Made by a program: the position numbers and the translations under genes. Below the pieces are notes generated by a model. The model saw nothing but the letters and a program-made list of their open reading frames with translations, was not told the DNA's origin and searched no databases. From an uncultured delta proteobacterium (GTDB lineage Bacteria; Desulfobacterota; Binatia; UBA9968), in the NCBI GenBank assembly GCA_963760795.1, contig CAVXEP010000003.1:1-64000 (forward strand): 64,000 nt of DNA. Reading direction: 5' to 3'. Below are positions 44,413 to 54,930 of the stretch, piece by piece. Within the stretch, counting starts at the first letter, position 1, and each line of letters opens with the position of its first letter.

Positions 44413-45317
44413 TCACTTCGCCCGCACCACCAACACCGGAGCGTCGCTGTGGCGCACGACATTTTCGGTCACGCTGCCGAGCACCCAACGCCCGAGACGC
44501 CGGAGCGGCCATGGGAACACATGGCGATCAGACCCTCCGGGGTCTTGTGCCCGAGAGCGATGATTTCGTCGCTGGCAATACCTTCTTTGCTGAGCGCCGA
44601 CACCTTGGCGACGCCGAGCTTCTTCACCTCGGCCACCTGCTTGTCGAGATACTCCTTGGCCTCATCACGCACGCTGTCGATCAGCTCGTCATAGTTCACC
44701 ATGTAGCCGTCGTCGCCGCCGTAAGCGTTGTACGGCATATGGTAGGCGCGGAAGAGCACCACTTCGAGGTCGAGCTTGTTGGCCATGGTCGCGGCCAGCG
44801 GAATCACGCTCTCGGCGAGCTCCGATCCGTCCAGCGGCACGATGATCGATTTGAACGGCGCTTCACCGCTGGTCTTCGCCTCGTCCTTGGCGCGCACGAG
44901 CACCAAAGGGTTGGCGCTGCCGCGCAGCACTTTCTCGGCGACACTGCCCAACAGGAAGCGGTCCATCCCCGATCTGCCGTGGGTCGCCATGGCGATCAGC
45001 GTACCGCCGTCCGCGCCGGCCTTGCCGATGATTGCTTCTTCGGCGCGGTCTTTTTCCACCGTGCAGGTCACGTTGCCCTCGGGGAAAGTCGTGGCGATAC
45101 CGCGCAAATAAGTGGTGCTGGCACGCATGCCGTCTTCGACCATGGTATCGAGATGACGCGCCTTATCGGCCGAGATATGGGTCGCCATATTGGCGACGTC
45201 GAGGACGGCGAGCAGCTCAACGGGAATCTTAAACTTACCTGCCAGGTGACGAGCGTAGGGCAGGACTTTTTCGGCCGTCTTGGAACCATCCAGGGGTACT
45301 AGAATTTTGCTATACAT
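44413..45317 (-). CDS. Tandem-domain universal stress protein, frameshift near 44490
   Basis: KILVPLDGS twice, MATHGRSG..LLGSVAEKV; C-terminus VTENVVRHSDAPVLVVRAK in another frame. Confidence 0.9.
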
Positions 45318-45431
45318 ATATTTCTCCTCATCGGTGTCACAGCCTTGGGTTTTTTGTCTTTTGCATTGTCGACAATTGTGAAAGGCTCCTTTATTCTAAT
45401 AAGTTGTGATGTCTAGCAATGATGCAATTGC

Positions 45432-45533
45432 GCAATCACTGTGCCAGCCGATAACCGCGATTTTTGGCGCTCCGGCGCCGCGATTTTCGCAAGGTTGAAA
45501 AAATAGCCGGCGGTTTCTCGCAATCTTGCATGA
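45432..45533 (-). promoter_or_regulatory. sigma54 promoter with tandem palindromes
   Basis: TGGCACAGTGATTGC (45446-45432); TTTCGCA-aggt-TGAAAAA (45485); TCTCGCA-atct-TGCATGA (45516). Confidence 0.7.
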
Positions 45534-46052
45534 GTTGACCGTCAAGCAAGCAGCTCATGAGAATCATCGCACTCCGGCAGGCCGCACCTCATCCTGAGTA
45601 AGTTCGAATGGCCGGCACGACGAACTTTCACTGCGCCCTTCAAGCGAAAAATTTCAATCTTCACCGAATGAAGCGTTAACTCGCTAATGCCGTTTGCAGC
45701 GCCATTTCATGATTAGGCTTTCTATGAGATCTGCGGTTCAGCACCGGTTCGTGATCGCGAATACGATCCAACCTGGCTTGAAACCAAGTGCCTTTTGGCC
45801 AATCCCAAATTTGCTGCGGTAGCTCATCGGCTACGTAACGGCCATCATTGACCGGACTCTGTAAAAAAATTGACTCCCAAGCGTTCATACATGTATCCTC
45901 CCTACTTTTACCGGCTTGAGTTGCTTTCTTTTCATCTCATCCGCAAAGCCGCTGCCAGGAAGTTCCGAAGTTCCAGCCGCAAGCAGTTAGAGTTTTTAAG
46001 AATAGTCTTCGGCTCACTATCTCCGAGCAGCGGTACGGAGTAGGGTAAGATC

Positions 46053-46832
46053 ATGCTAGAGATCATTCGACAAATCCTCGGACCGGCCGGCGTCGTGCTC
46101 GTCATCGCCGCGATCGTTCTCATCAGCGGCGTTAAGATCCTCAAGGAATACCAGCGCGCCGTGATCTTTCGCTTGGGACGGATGGTCCGGCCGCGCGGCC
46201 CGGGGATCACTTACGTCATTCCCTTGATCGAAAAGATGGTACGCGTCGATCTGCGCACCGTCACCATGGACGTGCCGCCGCAGGACGTCATCACTCGGGA
46301 CAATGTCTCGGTCAAAGTCAGCGCGGTGCTCTATTTCCGTGTTCTGGACCCGGTGCGCGCCATCCTGGAAGTCGAAAATTATCTGTTTGCCACTTCACAA
46401 CTCGCCCAGGTGACTTTGCGCAGCGTCTGCGGCCAGGGAGAACTTGACGAGTTGCTCGCCGAAAGAGAAAAGATCAATGCCCGAATCCAATCGATCCTCG
46501 ATGCCCAAACCGAGCCCTGGGGTGTGAAAGTCGTCCTGGTCGAGCTCAAACATATCGATCTACCACAGGAAATGCAGCGCGCGATGGCTAAGCAAGCGGA
46601 AGCGGAGCGCGAACGGCGCGCCAAAATTATTCATGCCGAAGGCGAATTCCAAGCGGCGCAGAAGTTAGCTGATGCGGCGCAGGTCATCGCCAAACAGCCC
46701 ACGGCGATTCATTTGCGCTTTTTGCAGAGCTTGGTGCAGGTGTCGGCGGAAAATAACCACACGGTGATCGTGCCCCTGCCCGTCGATATCGTCAGCCAAA
46801 TGTTCGCCAAAGCAGCCAGCCTGTTGAAGTAG
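46053..46832 (+). CDS. SPFH/band-7 (stomatin/slipin) protein
   Basis: [47 protein letters not shown]. Confidence 0.93.
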   Translation: MLEIIRQILGPAGVVLVIAAIVLISGVKILKEYQRAVIFRLGRMVRPRGPGITYVIPLIEKMVRVDLRTVTMDVPPQDVITRDNVSVKVSAVLYFRVLDPVRAILEVENYLFATSQLAQVTLRSVCGQGELDELLAEREKINARIQSILDAQTEPWGVKVVLVELKHIDLPQEMQRAMAKQAEAERERRAKIIHAEGEFQAAQKLADAAQVIAKQPTAIHLRFLQSLVQVSAENNHTVIVPLPVDIVSQMFAKAASLLK

Positions 46833-46982
46833 CGTGCGGCCCTACGGGAGAACGACAAAATGAACGTCGAGTTTACCCCGGACCGAATCCTACGAGCACC
46901 ACCGGCGCAACGTCGTTTGGTTTAGCGCCGTCGACAAAGAAAAGCTGAAACGAAAGAAAAACGACGCCAGCGGGCTGTTCGG

Positions 46983-47628
46983 CTATCCCGCAGCCGACAC
47001 GCCCTCAACATTTTGTTTCAAGATCGTGACCACGTCGTCGTCGGTCACCGGGCTGAAGTCGTCGAAAAACCGGCCAACTGAGAAAAACTCGGCGGGCACA
47101 TTCAAGCAGACCATCGCATCGCACTCGTGCCGCATCGCCCGCGCGGCTTCCGGCGACGCCACCGCCACCGCGCCGACAAGTTTTATCGGTTTGTGGGCGC
47201 GCAACACACGCAAAGCCGCGGTTATGGTCGAGCCGGTGGCGATGCCGTCGTCGACGACAATTACGATGCGGTCATGCGGGTCGATCGGTTTCCGCCACGG
47301 CGTATATCGACACGCCGCTCACGCAACACAGCGAGCTGGCGCTTTTTCTCCGCCTCAAGATAAATGGGATCTAATTCCGCCGCCCAGTCGTTGACGAAGG
47401 CATTGCCCGCTTCATCGATGGCGCCAATGGCGAGCTCGGGCTGCTCGGGATGGCTGAGCTTATGCACCAGCACGACATCAAACTCGCCGTCCAATGCGTC
47501 GGCGATGATTTTCGCCATCGGCACGGCGCCGCGCGGCACCCCAGCACCAAAGGATTTTTGTTCTTGTAAGACGTTTTTAACCGTTGAACGAGTAACCCCG
47601 CGGCATGTTCTCTGCTCTTAAATCGCAT
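46983..47628 (-). pseudogene. Phosphoribosyltransferase (Rv0571c/Rv2143-like) with 2 frameshifts
   Basis: FKSREHA, PRGAVP, PELAIGAI, IVVDDGIATGST, FFSVGRFFDDFSPVTDDDV. Confidence 0.85.
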
Positions 47629-47682
47629 GATCCACCTAATCAGTTAACCTATCCAGGTCCGCCGGTGTCGAGAACTTCTCGG

Positions 47683-48159
47683 TCATCGTCGGCGCATTCC
47701 CCGGGCAGCGAAATGGTGCAGGTCGTGAGGTTGGCTTCTCTGGTCGGTGCGCTTGATGGCGGTGAAAAATCTGAGCGCAGTCCGAAGTCCTTCTGCCTCC
47801 CCACCGGCAATCGCGGCGAGATCCGATAGCGAGACAATGCCCAAAAGCTTGCCGTTGAGCGCGATCGGCAAGCGCTTGATGCGCCGTTCACACATCACCT
47901 CCGCGGCGATGGGATGATCCTCATCCGGACGCAGCACATGCACCGGCCGGCGCATATGCGTGGCAATCCGACAGCGATAGGGATCATGCGCCCCAGCGAG
48001 GCACGCGAGCAGATCGCGGTCGGCGATGATGACCTTAACCCCGCCGGCGACGACTAAGCACCCAACCGCTTTTTCGCGCACGCGTTGCGCCGCCACCGCG
48101 ATAGTTTCATCAGGATCGGCCTGGACGACATATCGCAACATGATCTCTCGTAGTTTCAT
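47683..48159 (-). CDS. CBS-domain protein (possibly degraded)
   Basis: VGCLVV, IKRLPI, GIVSLSDL. Confidence 0.7.
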   Translation of the reverse strand: MKLREIMLRYVVQADPDETIAVAAQRVREKAVGCLVVAGGVKVIIADRDLLACLAGAHDPYRCRIATHMRRPVHVLRPDEDHPIAAEVMCERRIKRLPIALNGKLLGIVSLSDLAAIAGGEAEGLRTALRFFTAIKRTDQRSQPHDLHHFAARGMRRR

Positions 48160-48180
48160 GCGGCGCGCTCTGTGTTCTGC

Positions 48181-48595
48181 TCAACAAACACACGCAGGAT
48201 CCGTCACCGAAAGTATGCCAACGACGCGAAAATCCTCGACCACCGGCAACGAACTGATACGATAGGTTTCAAGAGTCTTGGCGGCGTCGACCAACGGTGT
48301 TGCGGCAGAAAGGGTCATCGGATCGGCGGTCATGGCGGCGGTGACAGTGAGATTCTCGGTGTAGCGGCGAATTTCGTCCTCATCACGAAACAGCGGATAC
48401 GCCGGCGCCACCTGGCGCAAATCGCGGTCGGTGACGATGCCGATGAGTTTGCCGTCTTCAACCACCGGCACCGCGCGAATGTCGCGCCGGCGCAACAACT
48501 CCACCACTCCGTTGCAAGGAATCGTTCGGTGCCACGGTCACCGGATCGACGGACATGCAGTCGCCGACCGTAAACCTCTTTGTCGAATTTGCCAT
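48181..48595 (-). pseudogene. CBS-domain protein (AcuB-like), frameshifted
   Basis: IRAVPVVEDGKLIGIVTDRDLR, MTADP, ISSLPVV. Confidence 0.75.
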
Positions 48596-48608
48596 AGGTC
48601 ACCCTGTT

Positions 48609-48863
48609 TCATTGTTTGCGCGTCGGTTCCGCGCCCGCCCACTCGGGATCGATCGTTTGGATCGCTTCTTCCCGGAGGGCCGCATAACTCTTGGCGAACT
48701 CGGGATGATAGCGCGCCATGTAAGTCTTCAATATCTCCACCTCGATTTTGATCGAGTCAACCGCCGACGTAAGATCGATTTTAGCGTCCTTCAACAACGA
48801 TGCGGTCGCCTCGATTTCAGTCTGGATTAGATGAAAGCGGTGTTTGAGATCCGAATCTTCCAT
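48609..48863 (-). CDS. Hypothetical protein
   Basis: GGAGG RBS, 84-aa ORF in operon. Confidence 0.65.
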   Translation of the reverse strand: MEDSDLKHRFHLIQTEIEATASLLKDAKIDLTSAVDSIKIEVEILKTYMARYHPEFAKSYAALREEAIQTIDPEWAGAEPTRKQ

Positions 48864-48887
48864 TGGCCACCTCCCTCTAGTTTGCGC

Positions 48888-49202
48888 TTACGACAATTCG
48901 CGTTTCTTGGTTTCAAACTCATCTTTCTCGATCTCTCCCTTGGCAAACCGTTCTCTGAGGATACTCATCGCCGAGTCTACCGGCGAATTTTTGCGTTGGC
49001 CGACAAACCATCGCATACCGAGGATGACGGCTACGATGATCGCACCCCAAAAAAGCGCCATCATGATCATCATACCGATGCCCCAACCCGAGCCCCACAT
49101 CGGATGCATGCGCCAGCCCCATTCGTAGGGCGCTTGCACAGTGAGCAGCGACTGAATGAAATCATCGAGAGACAGATACACCGATAAATTGCTGGCATTC
49201 AT
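48888..49202 (-). CDS. SHOCT-domain membrane protein
   Basis: W/G/M-rich TM; AMSILRERFAKGEIEKDEFE. Confidence 0.85.
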   Translation of the reverse strand: MNASNLSVYLSLDDFIQSLLTVQAPYEWGWRMHPMWGSGWGIGMMIMMALFWGAIIVAVILGMRWFVGQRKNSPVDSAMSILRERFAKGEIEKDEFETKKRELS

Positions 49203-49256
49203 ATCCACCTCCCGGGGCTATGTCGGTCAAAAGCGAATCCCACATTCACGACAATC

Positions 49257-49377
49257 GCATAGAGTGTGCCACGCAGACCGAGGCCGCATGCTGAAATATT
49301 GAGGCAAAATGGCGGGAGGATCGGCACACTTCGCACTGCCGGGAATTTACCCATGAATGCTTGTTAGGTTTGCGAAA
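49257..49377 (-). promoter_or_regulatory. sigma54 promoter with tandem degenerate palindromes
   Basis: TGGCACACTCTATGC (49271-49257); CTTCGCA-ctgc-CGGGAAT (49329); half-site TGCGAAA in site at 49360. Confidence 0.65.
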
Positions 49378-49461
49378 AAACCAGGTGAACGGGAATCGAT
49401 CGAAAAGTTTACAACGACTTAAACGGTTGGAGCGATTTGAACCCGCGGTGCAAGCGGCAAA

Positions 49462-50820
49462 TTAACCTTCGATTTCCAACTTCTCGATCTTGCGATAGAG
49501 CGTCGACAGGCTTAGACCCAACAATTCCGCCGCGCGGATCTTGTCGCCGGCGGTCTTGCCGAGTGTTCGCTCGATATGGGTTTTTTCGTAGAGTTCGATC
49601 GCTTTAGTCAGATTATCTTCCAAGCGATAGTCGCCGTCGGACGCAGTGGAACTGTGGCCCGGCAGATCCGCCGGCGCGATCCATTCGCCGTTGCCGAGAA
49701 TCATCGCGCGCTCGAGCACATTATCGAGCTCGCGGATGTTACCCTTCCACGGCAGCGACATGAGAATGCGCATGGTTGCGCTGTCGACGCCTTTGTAGGC
49801 GGTTTTCATCTCCAGATTATGGCGGTGAATCAAATGCTCGACCAGCGCCGGCAGATCTTCCAGCCGTTTACGCAGCGGCGGGATGGTGATTTCAAAAACA
49901 CAGAGCCGGTAGTAAAGATCTTCGCGAAAGCGGCCCGCCTCGACTTCCGCTTTCAAGTCGCGATTGGAGGCGGCCAAGATGCGCACGTTGACTTTCACCG
50001 GATTGGTCGAGCCCACCGGCAAGACGGTTTTTTCTTCCAGGACGCGCAAAAGTTTCGGCTGCAAGCTCATCGGCATCTCGCCAATCTCGTCGAGAAAAAT
50101 CGTCCCGCCGCGGGCGCGCTGAAACAAACCTTCTTGGGAATTGACCGCGCCGGTAAATGAGCCTTTCATGTGGCCGAAGAGTTGGCTCTCCAATAAATTC
50201 TCCGGGATCGCGCTACAGTTCACCGGTAGAAAGACATTGTCTTTGGCCAGACTGTTGGCGTGGATGGTGCGAGCAACGACTTCCTTGCCGACGCCGCTCT
50301 CGCCGCTGATCAACACCGTGGTCGGAGTCGGCGCCACCTTCATGATCATCTTGACGATCTCTTGCATTGCCGGGCTGCGTCCGAGCGGCCGGTCCGGCGC
50401 GAAATGGCCGCTGACTTCGCGCCTGAGCAGTTGGTTCTCCCAAGCCAGCTGGCGATGGCTCATGAGGTTTTGAATCTTGCGCAGGACATCGGCGAAAACC
50501 AACGGCTTGAGCATATAATCCTGGGCGCCGGCACGGATCGCCTCGATGGCTGTCTCCACCGATGCGTGGGCGGTCATGAGAACGACCATAGTTTGCGGCG
50601 ACAGCTCACTGACATGCTTTAGCACCGCTAGGCCATCCGCTCCCGGCATCATAAGATCGGTCAGCACGACATCGAGATCGAGCTGATCTATCTTGGCCAT
50701 CCCTTCATTGCCATCCGCCGCCTCATGGACGTCGTAACCCTCACCGCGCAACAGCTCGACGAGACTGTCACGGGCGCTCTCTTGGTCTTCAACTACGAGT
50801 ATGGTGCCGTTTGAACTCAT
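49462..50820 (-). CDS. NtrC-family sigma54-dependent response regulator (REC-AAA-HTH)
   Basis: GESGVGKE, GSFTGA, FLDEIGE, FREDLYYRL, WKGNIREL, Fis HTH. Confidence 0.95.
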   Translation of the reverse strand: MSSNGTILVVEDQESARDSLVELLRGEGYDVHEAADGNEGMAKIDQLDLDVVLTDLMMPGADGLAVLKHVSELSPQTMVVLMTAHASVETAIEAIRAGAQDYMLKPLVFADVLRKIQNLMSHRQLAWENQLLRREVSGHFAPDRPLGRSPAMQEIVKMIMKVAPTPTTVLISGESGVGKEVVARTIHANSLAKDNVFLPVNCSAIPENLLESQLFGHMKGSFTGAVNSQEGLFQRARGGTIFLDEIGEMPMSLQPKLLRVLEEKTVLPVGSTNPVKVNVRILAASNRDLKAEVEAGRFREDLYYRLCVFEITIPPLRKRLEDLPALVEHLIHRHNLEMKTAYKGVDSATMRILMSLPWKGNIRELDNVLERAMILGNGEWIAPADLPGHSSTASDGDYRLEDNLTKAIELYEKTHIERTLGKTAGDKIRAAELLGLSLSTLYRKIEKLEIEG

Positions 50821-50829
50821 CGAATTGCT

Positions 50830-50877
50830 TTTCGCACAAGTGCAAAATCACCGTCAGTGTTTCGCAGATTTGCAAAG
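50830..50877. promoter_or_regulatory. Tandem palindromes at activator gene start (possible autoregulation)
   Basis: TTTCGCA-caag-TGCAAAA (50830) and TTTCGCA-gatt-TGCAAAG (50860). Confidence 0.65.
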
Positions 50878-51150
50878 ATTATGGCGTTCACCGGTGCGAT
50901 CCTTTGGTATATTCGCAAAAAAGCAAATCACAGGCCATTCTTATTTAGCTCGCGCAAAGTTTTCAGGAAGCTTACGACTCTTGAATTCGGATATTCCTCG
51001 CGCCAGTCGCAACTGTATTCTGAGGCAAGCCGAATTCGTAAGTCAGACAAGACAATCCCTCGCTGTCCCGGATGATGAGATCCTGTGCGTCTCAGCGCGC
51101 GAGACTTTCCGCGTTTCGGCTGCGGCCTGGCAGCGTGGGGATTCAGGCCA

Positions 51151-53454
51151 TCAGGCCACCGGCAATCGGACCGTAAATGTCGTGCCCTTGCCCACTGCGC
51201 TCTTGTAACTAATGCTGCCGCTATGGGCAGCAAGAATCTGCCGGACAATCGTCATGCCGATACCGGTGCCGAAGGACTTTGTCGTAAAGAACGGTTCGAA
51301 GACATCGACCTCGGGCGGTATACCCGCGCCGCTGTCGGCAACCTCCAAAATGACCGCCGCAGTGCCAGCCGACCCGCGAAACAAGAGGTTGCCGCCATTC
51401 GGCATCGCCTCCACGGCGTTTTTTGCCAGGTTCAAAATCACCTGTTTAATCTTGTCGATATCGACGCGTACTTTCGGCAGGTCCGTGGCGAATTGCGCTG
51501 CGACCGCCACACCGCGTTCGGTACAATAAGGCAACTCGATCTCGATTACCTCGGCGACCAGCTCGGCCAATCTGGCGAGCTGAAAATTGTAAGTCTCTTT
51601 GCGCGACAGCGAACGAAAATCTTGCAGCAGCGTGTCGAGCCGGGATATTTCAGACTTCAAGCGCGCCAGGGTTGAAGTTGCCTGCTCGTCGAGAGCCGGC
51701 AATTGCTTCCTCAGCCGCTGCTCCAAAAGCTGCACTGTCAATGACATCCCGTTCAGTGGATTACCGAGCTCATGGCCGAATTTCGCCGCCATGCTGCCGA
51801 TGGTCGCCAACCGTTCGCTTTCGACGGCTTGTTGCTGCAGTTTTACCTTATCGGAAATATCGCGGATGAACGCGCCGTATTGAGCTTCCTGATCGCTGGG
51901 AATCTTCGCCACCGACAACTCGATCGGAAAGGTTTCGCCGTTCTTGCGCTTTGCGGTTACCGTACGGATGCGACCGATGGCATGAGCTTCGCCGGTCCGT
52001 TCGTACCGTTCGAGATAGGCGTCATGCTCCGAGGTGTAGGGTTCGGGCATGAGCATGTTGACTTTCTGACCGACAACTTCTTCTGGTTGATAGCCGAAGA
52101 TTCGTTGCGCCGCTGGATTGAACAGGACGATTCGCGCATGCCGATCGATGGACACCACCGCGTCTTGAGTTGTCTCGATCAGACTACGCACCCAGGCTTC
52201 GGCGCGCCGCTGTTCGGTCACATCGCGCATGATCACTTGGACCGCGCTGCCGTCATCCCACGCCAGCGGCGCAGCGACGGTCTCGGCATAGACAAACGAA
52301 CCGTCGAGACGGATCCGGCGTTGAATACTCGGCGGGTTGGGCTGGCCCGAGGCCATTGCCCGCTCGTAGCGCTGCTCGACTTCGGCTTCTCGTTCCGGGT
52401 CGACGAACTCGAACGGTGAGCGGCCGAGTAGATCTTCCGGAGAAGCCGCGCCAAGCAGACGGGCTGCCGCGTTGTTGGCGTAGACAATTTTTTTATTGAA
52501 GTTAACCAGCACCGCGTCCGGGTTGACCTCGACGAGAGTTTGATAGCGCGACTGCGCCGCTCTGAGTTCCGCTTCAACGGTTGTTCGGTGCTGGAGCTCG
52601 GTCGAAAGGTCGCGGGTAACCTCCTCGACACGCAAGGCCAGACGCGCATCGCGAAAAAACCATAAATAGCTGATCGCGCTAAGAAACAACGCACTGGAGA
52701 GCGCGCCGCTATCGAATATCGCTAAGTCGCGGTGGATCGCGCCACTCCAACCGTTGTTCGGAATCGCCGCCAGGTCCCAGTGACCGTCCGGCAAATCGAC
52801 CCGAAAGACCATGGGATTAGAATCGAAAACCGCCGGATTTCCGAAGAACGCCCGGCCAATTCCGTCTCGCAGTGCCAATTGCATGCTTTGCTGGGACAAT
52901 AGCCCGACCTCTGCCAAGATCGGCGGTAACTCTAGCGCCACAGTGACCAATCCCCAAAACTGTTCCTGGTGAAACACCGCCAACCGAGCCACCGCGCCGA
53001 ATCCGCCCTCCCGCATTGCGTAAGGGCCGCTGATGACGATCTTGCGCGATTGAATTGCCCGAGCGGCATCTTCGCGCACCTCGGAACGGGGGTCCGTTAA
53101 GATATTGAGCCCGACGAGCGCTTCGTTGCCGGCCCGTGGATAGACGAGCCGAGCCACGCCATCCGGCGCGACCGACAAACTACGCACGCCAACAACGTTT
53201 TCGCTAAGCTGGCGGGCGAAAGGCTCGAATTTTTCAGTTAGTTCGGTTTGCGAAGAAGTGGTACCGATCCAGGCGCCAAAACCATAAATGATATCGAAGC
53301 GCCGCCGCAGATCGATGGTCAGTGCGTTGCCGTAGGGATCGAGTTCGGCACGCACATCGCCGCGCAGTTCAGTCAGCAGGGTGTTGCGATACCAGACATG
53401 GGCGCCCCACCATAACGCCAAGAGGGCGGCGAGAACCAATAGCGCAAGCGCCAT
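51151..53454 (-). CDS. Membrane histidine kinase: CHASE-like + PAS + FixL-like heme-PAS + HisKA/HATPase
   Basis: Two TMs; LMPEPYTSEHDAYLERY..TGE.HAIGRIR; HELGNPL; NLAKNA; DSGAGI; FFTTK; start uncertain (up to 53589). Confidence 0.9.
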   Translation of the reverse strand: MALALLVLAALLALWWGAHVWYRNTLLTELRGDVRAELDPYGNALTIDLRRRFDIIYGFGAWIGTTSSQTELTEKFEPFARQLSENVVGVRSLSVAPDGVARLVYPRAGNEALVGLNILTDPRSEVREDAARAIQSRKIVISGPYAMREGGFGAVARLAVFHQEQFWGLVTVALELPPILAEVGLLSQQSMQLALRDGIGRAFFGNPAVFDSNPMVFRVDLPDGHWDLAAIPNNGWSGAIHRDLAIFDSGALSSALFLSAISYLWFFRDARLALRVEEVTRDLSTELQHRTTVEAELRAAQSRYQTLVEVNPDAVLVNFNKKIVYANNAAARLLGAASPEDLLGRSPFEFVDPEREAEVEQRYERAMASGQPNPPSIQRRIRLDGSFVYAETVAAPLAWDDGSAVQVIMRDVTEQRRAEAWVRSLIETTQDAVVSIDRHARIVLFNPAAQRIFGYQPEEVVGQKVNMLMPEPYTSEHDAYLERYERTGEAHAIGRIRTVTAKRKNGETFPIELSVAKIPSDQEAQYGAFIRDISDKVKLQQQAVESERLATIGSMAAKFGHELGNPLNGMSLTVQLLEQRLRKQLPALDEQATSTLARLKSEISRLDTLLQDFRSLSRKETYNFQLARLAELVAEVIEIELPYCTERGVAVAAQFATDLPKVRVDIDKIKQVILNLAKNAVEAMPNGGNLLFRGSAGTAAVILEVADSGAGIPPEVDVFEPFFTTKSFGTGIGMTIVRQILAAHSGSISYKSAVGKGTTFTVRLPVA

Positions 53455-53621
53455 GGCTTTGCACCTCGGTATCGTCAAGTAGCTTGAAACGGGATCGGTA
53501 TCAAATCGAATGGAATCCGCCACGCGGTATTTTTCGCACTGTCGCGAAATGAATACAAACCCATTTTCGTCGCTGTAAACAAGAATCACAGGTCAGTGAG
53601 ATCGGAACTAAACACTTGGAA

Positions 53622-54053
53622 TCACTTGGCGCCATGACACCTGACGCATGCGCTGGTCACTGGAGCGGCGAGGAGATAATTCGGCGGCTCGCGCTCGATG
53701 GCTTCACGGGCAATCTTTAGATCGCGCCGAAACGTCGGTAGATTCATCTCGACCTGCGGATGGTTGGTCGGCCAGCCGGACTGGTCGAGCTTCTCCGCCG
53801 CCTGTTCCATGGCGCGCAGGTGCTCGACGATCTCGTCGCGATGCTCCTGCAGCGCGTCGTCTTGGCGCATCAATTGATTGACTTCGCGCCCATGCGCCGC
53901 CAGCACGCGCATGATGCCGCGAACTTCATCGCGTTCGATATAGCGGAACTCAGGCGGATAGGTAAACTGGCGGACCCAGCGGGCCACGTCAGAGCAGCCT
54001 GACAATTGCACGGCAATCACAGTTGCCAACATTAAACGAGAACTCACCGCCAC
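53622..54053 (-). CDS. Lipoprotein cytochrome c (c'-like four-helix, C-terminal CxxCH)
   Basis: Lipobox LSGC; helical; CVRCH at C-terminus. Confidence 0.8.
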   Translation of the reverse strand: MAVSSRLMLATVIAVQLSGCSDVARWVRQFTYPPEFRYIERDEVRGIMRVLAAHGREVNQLMRQDDALQEHRDEIVEHLRAMEQAAEKLDQSGWPTNHPQVEMNLPTFRRDLKIAREAIEREPPNYLLAAPVTSACVRCHGAK

Positions 54054-54230
54054 CTCCCGGATTTCATCGGATAATCACCTCCATCGATTGACTACGCATT
54101 CTTCTTGCCAACGACAACAGACCTGGTGCCAATGGACCCAATCTTGCTAACTTGGGCAAGACAGAGGTTTACGGCAACTAACTTTAGGAGAAGTGGGAAA
54201 CGCAAGCAGTTTATTTTCCCAGAGTCGAGA

Positions 54231-54713
54231 ATGAACGATGGCAGATCGAGAATACAGACGGTAGCACCTTCGGTTCTAGTAGCGGAAAGAGAACCAACTT
54301 CACGGGCGAGCTTGAGCGAGCTCCTGCGCGAAGAGGGTTACCAGGTCGTCGAAGCTGCCGACAGCGGCACGGCGTTGATCCAGCTTAACCGTGATCCGAG
54401 TATAAAAATCGTCCTTTCCGACCTGGAAATGCCGTCCTGGGCCACTATCGTCAAACAGGCCCGCAGCCGACTGCCGGAACCATTAATTCTCGGCATGGTG
54501 CGCTACGGCGCCCTCGCCAACGGCCTCGAAGCCCAACGCCTCGGCGCCCAAGCATATCTCGTTAAACCGTTAGAATTTGCCCATGTGAATCAGTGGATCC
54601 AACGATTCCTCACGGGACGGGTTGCAGATCACGACCTAAGCGCGGCTGGCATCGAGTTTGCGCTTATAAATTGTGCAGCAATGTTAATACCGATGGGTTT
54701 AAACCGGAGGTAA
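54231..54713 (+). CDS. Single-domain response regulator
   Basis: VLVAE, IVLSDLEMP, AYLVKP; C-terminus possibly extended. Confidence 0.75.
   Translation: MNDGRSRIQTVAPSVLVAEREPTSRASLSELLREEGYQVVEAADSGTALIQLNRDPSIKIVLSDLEMPSWATIVKQARSRLPEPLILGMVRYGALANGLEAQRLGAQAYLVKPLEFAHVNQWIQRFLTGRVADHDLSAAGIEFALINCAAMLIPMGLNRR
54647..54661 (+). promoter_or_regulatory. sigma54 promoter
   Basis: TGGCATCGAGTTTGC upstream of small peptide and CBS genes. Confidence 0.6.
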
Positions 54714-54715
54714 TT

Positions 54716-54823
54716 ATGGCAAACGAAACCGAACTCATTTACTTGGTCCTGATCATCATCTTGACCATGGTCCTGCACATGATCCTGGCGAAAAAAGGGC
54801 CGCGGGCGAATGGTAAAGCCTAG
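54716..54823 (+). CDS. 35-aa single-TM small protein
   Basis: GGAGGT RBS; MANETELIYLVLIIILTMVLHMILAKKGPRANGKA. Confidence 0.6.
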   Translation: MANETELIYLVLIIILTMVLHMILAKKGPRANGKA

Positions 54824-54930
54824 TCGACGGTCAACGCAGAAGCCCGTGAGTGGATCAGCGGTCGAATTCGCGATGCGGCGTGGCTTTACCTGCAATGAAC
54901 GAGCCTCGAAGAAAAGCTGATGAGGCGATT

